Shown: positions 31,335-42,204, numbered from the stretch's first letter. The stretch is 64,000 nt of DNA from Candidatus Poribacteria bacterium (GCA_965218095.1 OZ244587.1:6208001-6272000), one strand, 5' to 3'. Translations and numbers: made by a program. The notes: generated from the letters alone by a model not told the origin.

Positions 31335-32342
31335 TTACTTCTCTGCCTTAAGCCTGCCCCACAGCGTGACCTATTTCCCCTGCGCATTCACAGCAAGAGA
31401 TGGGCCTGGAATCACCCAGGCCGGGCTGCTGTCTAGTCCCGGATGATTCGTCACCCGCGTTTGATTGTTCCCAGTGGCATCAATGATGTAAATATTCCAG
31501 TTTTTATCTCGATTCGACTGGAAAGCAATCCACTTCCCATCAGGGGACCACGCGGGAACACGGTCTTGGGACAGGTGACGAGTGAGGTTGACGACGTTGG
31601 TTCCATCAGGGTTCATGACATAGATATCATCCTGCCCTGATCGACGTGAATAGAAGGCAATTTTTTGGCCATCGGGAGACCAATCCGGGTGGAGATCGCG
31701 TGCCGGATGGTTAGTCAACTGCACTATCTCTCTACCATTGCGGTTCATCACATAGATTTCAGTGTTCCCACTTCGATTCGACACAAACACAATTTTGGAC
31801 GCATCGGGAGACCAAGAGGAAGTGTAATCTAAGCCCCCCGGAAACCGTGTGAGATTCTCTAACTTCCTTCCCTTTGCATCTATGACGCAAATGTCGGAAT
31901 GTTCAGCCGGAAATGGCGGAGAACATGTCAGCGTTAACCACTTACCATTCTTAGACCAAGCTGCCTCCGCATAACTCGCCCCGCCTGCTTCCCACCGAGC
32001 AGTTATATTTTTTTGTTCCCCTGTGCGGAGGTTCATGACAAAAATATGGCTGAATCCCAAATTGTTAACCCAATTGAGAGCAACGAATTTGCCATCCGGC
32101 GACCAATCTACTCTGCCAAAAAACGCTTCAGGGTTTTCGAGCCACTTCCGTTCGTTGCTGCCATCAGCCTCAATCAGATAAATCGTTGTCTCGAAGCCTT
32201 CATTTGGGGGTTTACTATTTCGACTGGACAGGAACGCAATCGTACCTTTTGGCGTCGCAGCGGCATACTGGAAGGTCAATAGAGAAAACGAACAGATGAA
32301 AAATGTCAAGGAGAAAAACATGACAAATAATTTGGGTTTCAT
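31335..32342 (-). CDS. Secreted TolB-like (PD40) beta-propeller protein; TAG at 31373-31371 cuts off the C-terminal motif
   Basis: Paralogue of 30215..31300; frame reads AVNAQGK*VTLWGRLKAEK to TAA at 31337-31335. Confidence 0.85.
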
Positions 32343-32383
32343 CGTTTCAAACTTCCTCTCATTTCTCTCATACAAATCTGACG

Positions 32384-32422
32384 TTTTTTGAAGGCGATGG
32401 TTAGCCCATCACCTTCAAAAAA
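32384..32422 (-). terminator. Intrinsic terminator-like hairpin inside the operon
   Basis: ttttttgaaggcgatgg-ttagc-ccatcaccttcaaaaaa just after the 190-aa gene. Confidence 0.7.
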
Positions 32423-32436
32423 CTCAACTGAAAACT

Positions 32437-33009
32437 TTAATCAGCAGTTTTCGTGGCTGGGGTTGTCGGTGTCGAAGGAGTGACGCCTTGCTCAAACTGG
32501 TCGGGATGGAATGCTGCGGTCCATTTTTGGGCAGCACCATCAAGGGCATTGTCCCATTCAGCACCGGGAACACCACCGGAAAACAAGTTGGTGTAAGCAC
32601 CTGCTTTGTAGTTCGAACCTGAACCCAAGGTGTGGGTAATAGTCTGGGTTGTTGTGAAAGTACCAATCGTGTTTTTATGGACCGTAAAACCGATATTATC
32701 CGTCTCAGTTTCTGTTGGTCCGTTGGGCAACTCGGTCCATTGGGCTTTGACTTTCACCTTCTGTTTTGTATCATCAAACTTGTGGCTGTGATCATTATCG
32801 TACTTTACCGAGTGGTGTGTAGTCGCTTTAAACAATTCACCAACGGGATTTTCGATAGTAAACACCAACGCATTGTAAGAAACCCATTCTTTTGAACTGA
32901 TATCTGCATATGCTACCTGAAAGTGGAACAGAATTTCTACAGATAAACTCATAAGTAGGAATGTGGTGGCCCAAAAAAGTTTCAAAGGTGCTGAAGCCTG
33001 CTTCAACAT
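32437..33009 (-). CDS. Hypothetical secreted Thr-rich beta-strand protein
   Basis: AGGAGG RBS; signal peptide ending VAYA-D; no recognisable domain. Confidence 0.7.
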   Translation of the reverse strand: MLKQASAPLKLFWATTFLLMSLSVEILFHFQVAYADISSKEWVSYNALVFTIENPVGELFKATTHHSVKYDNDHSHKFDDTKQKVKVKAQWTELPNGPTETETDNIGFTVHKNTIGTFTTTQTITHTLGSGSNYKAGAYTNLFSGGVPGAEWDNALDGAAQKWTAAFHPDQFEQGVTPSTPTTPATKTAD

Positions 33010-33512
33010 GTCTAGACCTCCTTGTATTTGGTCATCATGGAATTAGATAGTTGGCTGAAACGCTCTCTTTAAACTGATTAAAACTTTTTGAAATAGAAAT
33101 GGCTACTTTTGTACTTCATGGTAAACAGCCTTCCTTTTCAGTTTCGCATCGTTCCAACATGGAAACTATGCCATCTTTAACTTTAAGCTTTTCTTTCGGG
33201 GTATCCATTATATGTCGGCATATAGTACATCACATAATAGAGGTAAAATCAACAGAAATGTATTGCTAATCCATCTCTGTAGGAAGTATAAGAATTATCC
33301 TTCTCCCAGGCACCCTTAGCGGCGCCCTCATCGTTATCGTCGCCATCGTTTGCAAAACGATCGACAAAAGGGGTCGGTGGAGCCAGCAAGAAAGTTATTA
33401 TCGAAAGGTCAGTGTCGAAACTCAACCATAATTGATTTAGGGTTGCAATCTGCCTTCCACTGAGCATTGGAAGAACAAGCCTAAAACAGTTTACGAATGA
33501 ACTCAATAATTG

Positions 33513-33527
33513 GCAATTCTTGTGCCA
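33513..33527 (-). promoter_or_regulatory. Sigma-54 (-24/-12) promoter
   Basis: Minus strand TGGCACAAGAATTGC matches TGGCAC-N5-TTGC exactly and lies just downstream of a bEBP gene. Confidence 0.75.
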
Positions 33528-33571
33528 TTTCTCTATGAGGAAACCTATGCGGTCACAGGCTTTGATGTTTC

Positions 33572-33605
33572 TGCCATTTTGGCAACCCAAATGCCATCTC
33601 TGGCA
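33572..33605. promoter_or_regulatory. Tandem palindromic enhancer (UAS) candidates
   Basis: TGCCA-TTT-TGGCA (33572-33584) and TGCCA-TCTC-TGGCA (33592-33605) upstream of the sigma-54 site. Confidence 0.6.
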
Positions 33606-33615
33606 AATTCCTAGC

Positions 33616-34560
33616 TTATAAATTGTACTTTGTTAATTTTCGGCAAAAAGTTCGCAGTGGTATATTCAGGAGACGCGCTGCTTCTGCCTTATCCCCACCT
33701 GTCTGTTCCAACGCGTGACGGAGATACTGTCGTTCGTAACGTGCCAATGCCTCTTTCAATGGCAAGACGTTGTCTTCACCGATTTCTTCTGTCTCATCGT
33801 CCAGATGGGGTGCAAAATCAGTGGCATTCAACTCAGACTTCTCCGTCAGGAGAAACACCCGCTTAAGCGGCGACTTGAGTTTACGCACGTTTCCCGGCCA
33901 CGCATATTTTTCCAATAAAGAATAAACATTAGTCTGGAGTCCAACAGGTCGCCGAAACTCAATGATGAATCCTTCCAAGAAATAATCGACGAGCAGGGAG
34001 ATATCAGTGCGTCGTTCCCGCAAGGGAGGTAGGTAAACCGGCATGGTGTTAAGCCGGTAAAACAGATCTGACCTGAAGGCACCGTCACGTACTGCTGTTT
34101 TCAAATCACGATTGCTCGCGGCGATAATCCTCACATCAACAACTGCTACTGTTCCACCTAGCGGCGAAACAGTTTTCGTTTCAATAGACCCGCAGCAACT
34201 TGGCCTGAAGTTCCAACGGCATCTTCCCAATCTCATCCAGGAGGAGCGTCCCAGCTTCAGCTTGTTGAAACACGCCCTTCCGCACCTCAGATGCTCTAGT
34301 AAACGCGCCTTTGGCGTGGCCGAAGAGCTCGTTCTTGATGAGTGTACCGGGAAGAGCAGCGCAATTGACCGAGACGAACGGTTGTGTCGCCGGACGCCTG
34401 CCTTATGAATCAGTTGTGCGGCGAGGTCTTTTCCAGTCCCCGTTTCCCCCTCAAGCAGAACCGTTTCAGCCGTGGGACAATTTTGCGAATCAACTCACCC
34501 ACACGCTGTATCGCAGCGCTTTGTCCGACAAGCCTCAAATAATTCCACCATTATTCTTTT
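33616..34560 (-). pseudogene. Sigma-54-dependent Fis-family activator (bEBP), frameshifted, no sensory domain
   Basis: GETGTGKD, NCAA...[45 protein letters not shown] and a Fis HTH spread over several frames. Confidence 0.8.
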
Positions 34561-34913
34561 CACTTTCATGCCCTGACAACAGGACCGGCAGCTTTGCCGG
34601 ATACAAAATCGACCCCAAACGGCGTCAACACTTGGTTAAGTCGGGGCGGGTTGTTCCCGAAAAATCGGTTTCCCCAAAGCTCTAAAAGCGGGTCCATTTT
34701 GCTCTCTTTTATCCACCAATTCACGCGAATCTTCGCGCAGAGAAGTTGTGGCCCATTCGCGTGATTCGCGGATGGGTGATTTTAACCGCCATCAACTTAA
34801 CGAGACGATCAGTGGGTTTGGCGCATTTGCGTCAGCGTGGGGTTGTGCACAAATCGGCGACGGTGCGACAAAGTGAAAATTCCTTTTGGGGTATTATTTA
34901 GCACTTTTTGGAG

Positions 34914-35828
34914 TCATAAGCCTAATTTGACCTGCCCCCAAGTTAAAGACAATTTCCCCACAGGATCTAATGCCGCTGAACCATCAGGTCTCCAAGATGG
35001 ATGGTTGCCTTCAAACAGAATTTCCAGATCAGTCCCATTGGCTTTCATCACGCCGATTTTGATATTATGAATCAACTGAACGGAAAAGGCAATATGAGTA
35101 CCTGTTGGGGACCAGGAAGGATCATTTTCGCCGCCATCGGTGATGCGTTTGAAGTTTGCCCCATCCGCATCCATGAGGCAGATGCCAGGTTTGCGATCCC
35201 GATTTGAGAAGAAGGCAATTTGACGCCCATCGGGAGACCAGGCGGGCGCGTGATCATCTGCCGGATGCTTGGTGAGCTGACGTAATCGTGTTCCATCGGC
35301 GTCGATGACATGGATTTCGTGTTGCCGTTCATGCTTGATTGTGAATGCAATCCGGCTTCCACCTGGCGACCAAGCTGGGGCACCAAGACCATTATCCATC
35401 GGATGGAAGAACAGCGGGGTTTCTTCTTTCGTTTTGAGATCAAAAACCGTAAGTACTTGGACACTTGTAAAGGCAATTTTCTCACCGTCAGCGGACCAGG
35501 TTGGACGTGAAAATGAAGGAGAACGTATTATGCGTGTCAGATGGCGGCCGTCTGCATCCATCATATAAATCCAGGAAGGCGGGCTGGCGGCGACGAACGC
35601 AATCTTTTTTCCATCTGGTGACCAAGTTGGCCAAATTGGACCGGCCGGACTTTTTAGTTGCTGGGGAACGGTTCCATCCGAATTGATGATAATAATTTCC
35701 CTGCCAGGTTTAAATTCGTCTGATACAAGGGCAATTTGCGACCCCCAGGCAAGATTGGCTCGAAATCCGAATCCTCCGAGGAAACCAAATCCCATCCCGA
35801 TGAATGTGACGAACAGGGCTTTTTTCAC
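34914..35828 (-). CDS. Secreted TolB-like (PD40) beta-propeller protein
   Basis: Signal peptide MKKALFVTFIG..., WSPDG repeats, C-terminus ALDPVGKLSLTWGQVK. Confidence 0.85.
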   Translation of the reverse strand: MKKALFVTFIGMGFGFLGGFGFRANLAWGSQIALVSDEFKPGREIIIINSDGTVPQQLKSPAGPIWPTWSPDGKKIAFVAASPPSWIYMMDADGRHLTRIIRSPSFSRPTWSADGEKIAFTSVQVLTVFDLKTKEETPLFFHPMDNGLGAPAWSPGGSRIAFTIKHERQHEIHVIDADGTRLRQLTKHPADDHAPAWSPDGRQIAFFSNRDRKPGICLMDADGANFKRITDGGENDPSWSPTGTHIAFSVQLIHNIKIGVMKANGTDLEILFEGNHPSWRPDGSAALDPVGKLSLTWGQVKLGL

Positions 35829-36293
35829 TTTGATTTTTCCTCCTTTAGCAGCGAACAGGCAGGCCTCTTGGAAAGCAGGCCTGCCTGATTTTGCATGGAT
35901 CATGCGATGAGCGAGTAAAGGCAACAGACCGCCGAGTTTGAGTTTACGGGCAAGTGCTAATGTTAAATTGTCCACAAGCGGTCTGCAGATCTCCGTTCGG
36001 CAAATCCGGAAAAAACCACTCTGTCACTGCTTGTCCATCATAATCACAATTTTCACCAGTAGCATCCAATATATACACGACTGAAAGGTTGTACGTATGG
36101 GTTCGTTCCTGGTTGCCCGGAACGACGAGATCGCCTTCAACCTTGGGAGGACTGGCGCTGCGATTACAGTCTTCTGGGGAGGGAGGGGTTACTCTTCCGG
36201 TAATTCAAGCGATTTCCAACTCGCCATTTATAGTTGCCAGGATTGTAGCACAATTCGATCAGCAATTAAACACAAAAACACCTCGTGTGGAAG

Positions 36294-37379
36294 TCATAAT
36301 CGATAAAACGCCCGTGCGTTTTCAGCCAAGATCTTCTTTGTCAGTGACTCCGGCAACCCCATCGGCAGCGACTCCTCTGGCGAATCAAACTGCCAGTGTG
36401 GGTAGTCCGTCGAGAACATCAGCATGTCTTCCGAATCGAGTTGACCAATCATCCGAAGGAACTGGCTGGAATCTGGCGGCGCATCCATTGGCTGAAGCGT
36501 CATGCGGATATGCTCGCGCATATACTCCGATGGCAGCCGTTTGACCCACGGCGTATTATGTCGCAGGCCTCTCCACTCCTTATCAATCCGCCACATGACC
36601 GGCGGCATCCACGTAAAACCGCCTTCGATTAAGACAACCCGCAGATCTGGAAACCGGTCGAAGGCACCTTCCGTGACCAAACTGATGACCTGTGCCTGGA
36701 AAACCTGCCCCATACCAGCGTACTCCTCCAGATACGTCGAAAACCAGCCGCTTGGCGATGGGGGGATGCCTGGGGCCCCGCCGTAGTGAATGCCAATCGC
36801 AAGGTCATGGTGGACAGCGGCTTCGAAAATGGGGTCATAGTGGCGATTCCCGTAAGGTATCAGCGAACGCACCGGCAGCAATGCCTGCACAAACCCGGGG
36901 TGGTCTCCCAGCCGTTCAATCTCCCTCGCCGCCAACGGTGGGTTCTGACTCGATACAACCAGCGAAGCCCGAAGCCGAGGCTCCGGGTCAAGCCAATGCT
37001 CGATTTGCCAGTCGTTGGTTGCAGAAGCGAGCACCGCCGCCAAGTCTTCATTATGCACGGTTTGCACCCGATACGCGCAGGTCAGAATACCGTACTCAGC
37101 TTCCCAGAAGTCAAGCATCTGCTCGCGCAGCAACTCCAAATCTGATCCCGGAGGCCCACCGGAAGGCGGTGTCGTATCGGGCAGCGCCGTAGTGGGTGCG
37201 CCCTTGGGATAGTCACTTGCTTCAGGTCCCACGAAGGCGGATTCGTTGCAGTAGTCGCACCAGAAGTCCGGTAGGTACAGGTAAAGCGTTTCGAGTGACG
37301 GGACCTCGTTGTGAATGTCACAGTCAATCAATGGCAAGTCTGACCGAACGAAACTCGGTTTTGTATTCCATGCCTCCAT
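36294..37379 (-). CDS. Amidohydrolase_2-fold protein (AibH1-like partner subunit candidate)
   Basis: IDCDIHN, GIHYG, YLEEYAG, LIEGG, FSTDYPHWQ; clear paralogue of 27993..29057. Confidence 0.85.
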   Translation of the reverse strand: MEAWNTKPSFVRSDLPLIDCDIHNEVPSLETLYLYLPDFWCDYCNESAFVGPEASDYPKGAPTTALPDTTPPSGGPPGSDLELLREQMLDFWEAEYGILTCAYRVQTVHNEDLAAVLASATNDWQIEHWLDPEPRLRASLVVSSQNPPLAAREIERLGDHPGFVQALLPVRSLIPYGNRHYDPIFEAAVHHDLAIGIHYGGAPGIPPSPSGWFSTYLEEYAGMGQVFQAQVISLVTEGAFDRFPDLRVVLIEGGFTWMPPVMWRIDKEWRGLRHNTPWVKRLPSEYMREHIRMTLQPMDAPPDSSQFLRMIGQLDSEDMLMFSTDYPHWQFDSPEESLPMGLPESLTKKILAENARAFYRL

Positions 37380-37474
37380 AAATTTCTCCTGCTGTGAAAA
37401 TCATCCAATCTGCTAAATATTGGCATCAATCCGTACTTGCTTGCCCTGCTGCTTTGTCTCAGGGTTTACGGGCG

Positions 37475-37939
37475 TTAGCTAGATACCGCATCTGCCCAAT
37501 CTTCAGGTGTCAAGATTTGTGCAGTGCCTTCCTCCCCTGGAGTAACCCGGTGAAAGTCACTCTGTTCTACGAGGTAGCGCCCGGTTCGCTCTGCTGTGTC
37601 GGGGTAGGTAAAGTGCATGATAAATCCCTTTTCCCCTGCACACCAAGCATGCGTATTCCCTATACCGCCTGGAATGTAGGTCGAAGTTCCTGGGTCTGCA
37701 CGACGATAGATTCCATTAACGAAGGCAAATCCGGGGCCGTCGGAACTCTGGTCAATCGTGATGATTTCGCCCAAGTTGTGGTAATGCGGAGGGACAAACT
37801 CTCCTGAACCGAAAATAGCAACGCCATAACAAAACTCGCCGACTTCTTCGATATAAATCTTAACACTTGTTAATCCTTCCATCTTCACTTCTTTGGCGGT
37901 TTCTGGGGTAACCGTGTAGGGATAAGATCTGGCGCTCAT
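37475..37939 (-). CDS. Cupin-domain protein
   Basis: PPHYHNLGE and YIPGGIGNTH cupin metal motifs. Confidence 0.7.
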   Translation of the reverse strand: MSARSYPYTVTPETAKEVKMEGLTSVKIYIEEVGEFCYGVAIFGSGEFVPPHYHNLGEIITIDQSSDGPGFAFVNGIYRRADPGTSTYIPGGIGNTHAWCAGEKGFIMHFTYPDTAERTGRYLVEQSDFHRVTPGEEGTAQILTPEDWADAVSS

Positions 37940-38413
37940 AACGAAACCTCCATGTGGATTGGGTATTATCTATAGTGTTTGGCCCGTAAGGATTAGCACG
38001 GCATTAGCACTGAACTCATTGCAGGTAGTTTCTTGGAAGTCTAATAGAGCGCAGCGAAGAATCTCCTCTTTCTCCGCTTGATGAAATCGACGGGTCAGAG
38101 GTTGACTATCGCTGATGTGGGCATCATCGAAAAAGAGTTGTCGATGGTATGGCGTCAAATACATGCATCCTCCTCAAGAAAAACTTAATTTTAGTTCTGT
38201 CATCAATTCATCCATCGCCTGTTGACGGAGGTCGTAAACCGAGAGCGGGAAGCTCCCTTTATTCCCTTACTCCATCCAATCCCATCTCCTGAAGCGAGTC
38301 TGCGTGGATGAGCTGCCGACGTAACCGACGCAGATCCTCAAGGAACGAGATTGCCTCAACCCGTTGAACCGTTGTTTCGGGGACGGGAGCAAATTTCTCC
38401 TGCAATTGTTCTA

Positions 38414-39234
38414 GGTTCTGTTGACATTTGAGTATAAGGTTATTGGCATAATAGAAGAATGATGCCAATAACCTTACCCGATGACCAATGGAATAAGATA
38501 TACTCGTTTCTTCTAACTTGTCCCAACATCTATGTTGGCAACGAAGCGACAACACGCCGCTTTATCGAAGCTGTTCTCTGGGCGACCCGTAGCGGGGCTC
38601 AATGGAGACTTCTACCAGGCACCTATGGTAAATCGAACACCCTCTATAAGCGGTTTGCTCGGTGGTGCGACAAAGGGGGCTTCACACAGATCCACTACCA
38701 CTTCGCCGCCGACCCCGATATCGAGTCGCTTATTGTGGACAGTACAATCTGCCGCGCGCACCCGTGTACGGCGGGTGCCGAAAAAAAAAGGGTGGCACTG
38801 AAAACCAAGCGTTAGGCTGCTCTCGCGGGGGATTCAGTACAAAAATTCACATCACCGTTGACGGCCTGGGTAATCCCCTAAGAATACATCTGACGCCCGG
38901 TCAAAGAAACGACATAGCGGAAGCAGAAGCGTTGATACTTGGATATAAAAGCGAGTATGTGATTGGAGACAAGGGATATGACTCCGACAATTTTATCGCG
39001 GTTATTGAGGCGAATGGAGCGATTGCGGTGATACCGCCAAAAAGTCATCGTGTGGATCAAAGAGATTACGACAAACATCTGTACAAAGAGAGACATCGGG
39101 TTGAATGTTTCATTAACAAGATAAAATGGTATCGCCGCATCTTCTCTCGGTTCGAGAAGTTAGCTATCCGTTATTTTGGATTTCTCAGCTTTGTCGCCAC
39201 TCTTATATGGCTCCCTTGAAATGTCAACAGAACC
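38414..39234 (+). mobile_element. IS5-family (IS427-type) insertion sequence, two-ORF transposase with A9 slippery run
   Basis: TIR GGTTCTGTTGACATTT / AAATGTCAACAGAACC; TA duplication (38412-13, 39235-36); ORFs 38459..38815 and to 39219; SRGGFSTKIH, GDKGYDS. Confidence 0.92.
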
Positions 39235-39399
39235 TAACAGAACATCTTAAAAAATGGTAAGCTATGCTTGCATCGGGTTCTTCTTGAATTGCTTTAATAA
39301 AATATCTTTCAGCCTCCTGTAGATCGCCTTGGTTCCACAATTCTAACGCTTGATGACCAAGATATTTTTCATTGTTGTGTTTCATTTTCATTTCGTTGC

Positions 39400-40737
39400 T
39401 TACTCAAGTGGATCAACTTTCCGGTACGCACAATCGAGAAGTTCGATTGGGTGCATCACTTTCATTGGCAGTTCACGTTCTTTAACGCCGAGTTGGATTT
39501 GCAAAATACAGCCTGGATTCCCTGTTACAACAATTTCGGCGTCTGCCTCGGCGACGTGCTTCATCTTGCGCGCCAAGATTTCACGCGACATCTCTGGCTG
39601 CGTGATGTTGTAGATGCCGGCGCTTCCACAGCACCATTCCGATTCGGTGAGCTCGATTAACTCCAGCCCCGGAATCGATTGGAGGACTATGCGCGGTTGA
39701 AATTGGATCTTTTGCCCATGAACGAGGTGGCACGGTTCGTCATACGTCACACGCCGGTTGATCTCCCCTTCCGCCGACATCATCTCAATTTCCGCGAGGA
39801 ACTCACTAATATCCTGCATCTTGCTGCTGAACTTTTTCGCTTTTTCGGCATAGACTGGATCGTGTTCCATCAAGGCTTCGTACTCTTTGAGTGTCGCGCC
39901 ACAGCCTGCAGAATTAATGATGATCACGTCCACATCTTCCGCTTCAAAGACATCAATGTTATTTCGAGCGAGCTCTAACGCCGTGTCACGTACACCGTTA
40001 TGCACATGCAGCGCGCCACAGCATGTCTGCTGATGCGGTGTAATCACATCACAACCGTTTTCGGTCAATACGCGGATGGTCGCCAGATTGGTCTCGGTGA
40101 ACACCTGATTCATGACGCAGCCAGAGATAAATCCGACGCGATGCTTCGCCTTTCCTTTGGCGGGGGTAAATTCCCGTATGCTGTACTTGAGGAACGGATT
40201 GGGAATGTCGGGCAGCAATGATTCCATCTCTCCCAGCTTTCCCATCAGTTTGAGAACCCCAAGTTTTTGCACCAGCCAGCGAATCCCAAGGTGTTGATAT
40301 AGCCACATCAGTTCAAAGATGAGGTCTAAGCGATCCTTGTCGGGTAAGAGCTCCTTAAAAGCCAAACGCCTCCAAAACCGCTGTTCGGTTGGGCGCTCGG
40401 TATTCAGTTCATAGATTGCGCGGGCTTCTTCGATAACCTCGCCAAAATGTACACCAGAAGGACATGCGGTTTCACAGGCGCGGCAGTCTAGACAGCGGTA
40501 GATATATTTTGCCCAATCGTCGTTGATCGGCATCGGATTGTTATCCCTGAATGCCGCTCCCATCAGATAGAGCCTTCCACGCGGTGAATCTGTCTCCAGT
40601 CCTAACTCGCGGTAAGTCGGACAGGTTGGTAGGCAGAGCCCGCAATGGGTACAAGCATCCCATTTGTTCCAGCTAAAAAATTCGGACCCGATAAGGGGTT
40701 TAGTCTGTTGATCTGGTTGAGTTTGTGGCTGTTGCAT
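39400..40737 (-). CDS. GlcF-like Fe-S oxidoreductase subunit (2x[4Fe-4S] plus CCG domains)
   Basis: CTHCGLCLPTCP, CLDCRACETACP, TCCGALH, WCCGSAGIYN, NPGC. Confidence 0.88.
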   Translation of the reverse strand: MQQPQTQPDQQTKPLIGSEFFSWNKWDACTHCGLCLPTCPTYRELGLETDSPRGRLYLMGAAFRDNNPMPINDDWAKYIYRCLDCRACETACPSGVHFGEVIEEARAIYELNTERPTEQRFWRRLAFKELLPDKDRLDLIFELMWLYQHLGIRWLVQKLGVLKLMGKLGEMESLLPDIPNPFLKYSIREFTPAKGKAKHRVGFISGCVMNQVFTETNLATIRVLTENGCDVITPHQQTCCGALHVHNGVRDTALELARNNIDVFEAEDVDVIIINSAGCGATLKEYEALMEHDPVYAEKAKKFSSKMQDISEFLAEIEMMSAEGEINRRVTYDEPCHLVHGQKIQFQPRIVLQSIPGLELIELTESEWCCGSAGIYNITQPEMSREILARKMKHVAEADAEIVVTGNPGCILQIQLGVKERELPMKVMHPIELLDCAYRKVDPLE

Positions 40738-40836
40738 TTTTTGTCCTTACTGACTATGGATAAGCTACGGTTACATTGAAGATGTATACACCCCAGCCTT
40801 GGCGTGAGTGGATACCCATGAAGGCGACGCATTACA

Positions 40837-41286
40837 TCACAGTTCACGTTCCTTTGCTTCAGTGGCGCGTTTAATTGCGACAACCTCCTCCGCCATTCGA
40901 CCTTGTGCATAAGAATCGGCGATGAAACGGTGGATAAGCTTGCCCAGTATTCCTTTTCCGATCTCAAATTCGGCGGTATGCTCCAACTGCGTTCCCTCCG
41001 CTGTTTTCTGAAGCAGAAACCAGGCACGAGCGGATTGAAAGGGACCCTTAATCTGCTCTGCCTCCACACGGTCTGGTGGCAGGAATTGGAATCGAGTTTG
41101 TAAGTGCTGAACCAGTCCGTGAATCTCCTCATCAATTTCCGCGATGATTGTATTCCCTTCTCGACGTACAATTTTCGCATCACGCACGTACCGAAAATAT
41201 CGCGGATAATTCGTAATATCCTGAAGGATCTGGAAAACCGTTTTTGGGCTTGCTTTGATTGCGATTGAAGTGGATAGACGGGACAT
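40837..41286 (-). CDS. SRPBCC/polyketide cyclase (RatA/Coq10-like) protein
   Basis: IAIKASPKTVFQILQDITNYPRYF, QIKGPF...W. Confidence 0.8.
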   Translation of the reverse strand: MSRLSTSIAIKASPKTVFQILQDITNYPRYFRYVRDAKIVRREGNTIIAEIDEEIHGLVQHLQTRFQFLPPDRVEAEQIKGPFQSARAWFLLQKTAEGTQLEHTAEFEIGKGILGKLIHRFIADSYAQGRMAEEVVAIKRATEAKEREL

Positions 41287-41332
41287 GTTTTACAATGTGA
41301 AATACTTCAATGGAACAAGTTGGCAGCTTGTT

Positions 41333-42184
41333 CTAATGGTCTCTCGACGTTGAAATCTTCAGCAACCCTTCATTCAAACTTCCAGATCTATATCCCTGCA
41401 AATCAAGGGCGACATATTTATACCCAAGTGATTTGAACTTTTCGTTAATCCGGGTTCGGATCTGTTTGGTCGCAATGCGCTCGATTTCTTGCGGATCGAC
41501 CTCAATCCGCGCAAGCACATCATGATGACGCACACGGAATTGGCGAATCCCTAAATCGTACAGAAACTGTTCCGCCCGGTCAACTAGGCGTAGGTTTTCG
41601 CGGGTAATCCGTGTGCCATAGGGAAAACGGGAGGAGAGGCAGGCAAAGGCAGGTTTGTCCCACGTCGGCAGCCCCCAACGCTTTGAAACTTCACGGATCT
41701 CCGCCTTTGTAAGATTCACATCAATGAGTGGCGCCTGAATACCCATCTGTTTGGCGGCATCCATGCCAGGACGGTGATCACCGACATCGTCAGGAATTGC
41801 CCCGTAGACGGTCGTGCCGATCTGATATTGTTCGGCAATCGGACGGATCTGTTCAAAGAGCTCAGTTTTGCAGAAATAGCAGCGGTTGGTCGGGTTGCTC
41901 GCGTACCCCTCGGTTTCCAATTCATCAGTATTTATTGTTTCATAACGAATGCGAATCTGTTTAGCAATGTCCTGCGCCGCTTTCATTTCGCGCTCCGGGT
42001 AAGAGTCAGAAACCGCTGTCACGGCAAGGGCGTTTTCTCCCAACGCCCGTTTTGCGGCTTCGGCGAGAAACGTGCTATCGACTCCACCTGAGAATGCGAC
42101 GATCACTTTTCCGTAGGATTTTAATAAATTATCGAGCCGATCTAGCTTCTGATCAATATCTGGATGTTTTACTACTTCGGGCAT
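41333..42184 (-). CDS. larE: ATP-dependent sulfur transferase LarE-like
   Basis: AFSGGVDSTFL, NRCYFCK, RPG, WDKPAFACLSSRFPYG, RVRHH, DLQGYRSGSLN. Confidence 0.9.
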   Translation of the reverse strand: MPEVVKHPDIDQKLDRLDNLLKSYGKVIVAFSGGVDSTFLAEAAKRALGENALAVTAVSDSYPEREMKAAQDIAKQIRIRYETINTDELETEGYASNPTNRCYFCKTELFEQIRPIAEQYQIGTTVYGAIPDDVGDHRPGMDAAKQMGIQAPLIDVNLTKAEIREVSKRWGLPTWDKPAFACLSSRFPYGTRITRENLRLVDRAEQFLYDLGIRQFRVRHHDVLARIEVDPQEIERIATKQIRTRINEKFKSLGYKYVALDLQGYRSGSLNEGLLKISTSRDH

Positions 42185-42204
42185 GTGTTTTACCTTTCTG
42201 ATTT

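Noticed and set aside
33249-33590. 113-aa ORF in the sigma-54 leader
   Set aside because: Starts inside the enhancer palindromes, spans the promoter and has no RBS; at most a remnant
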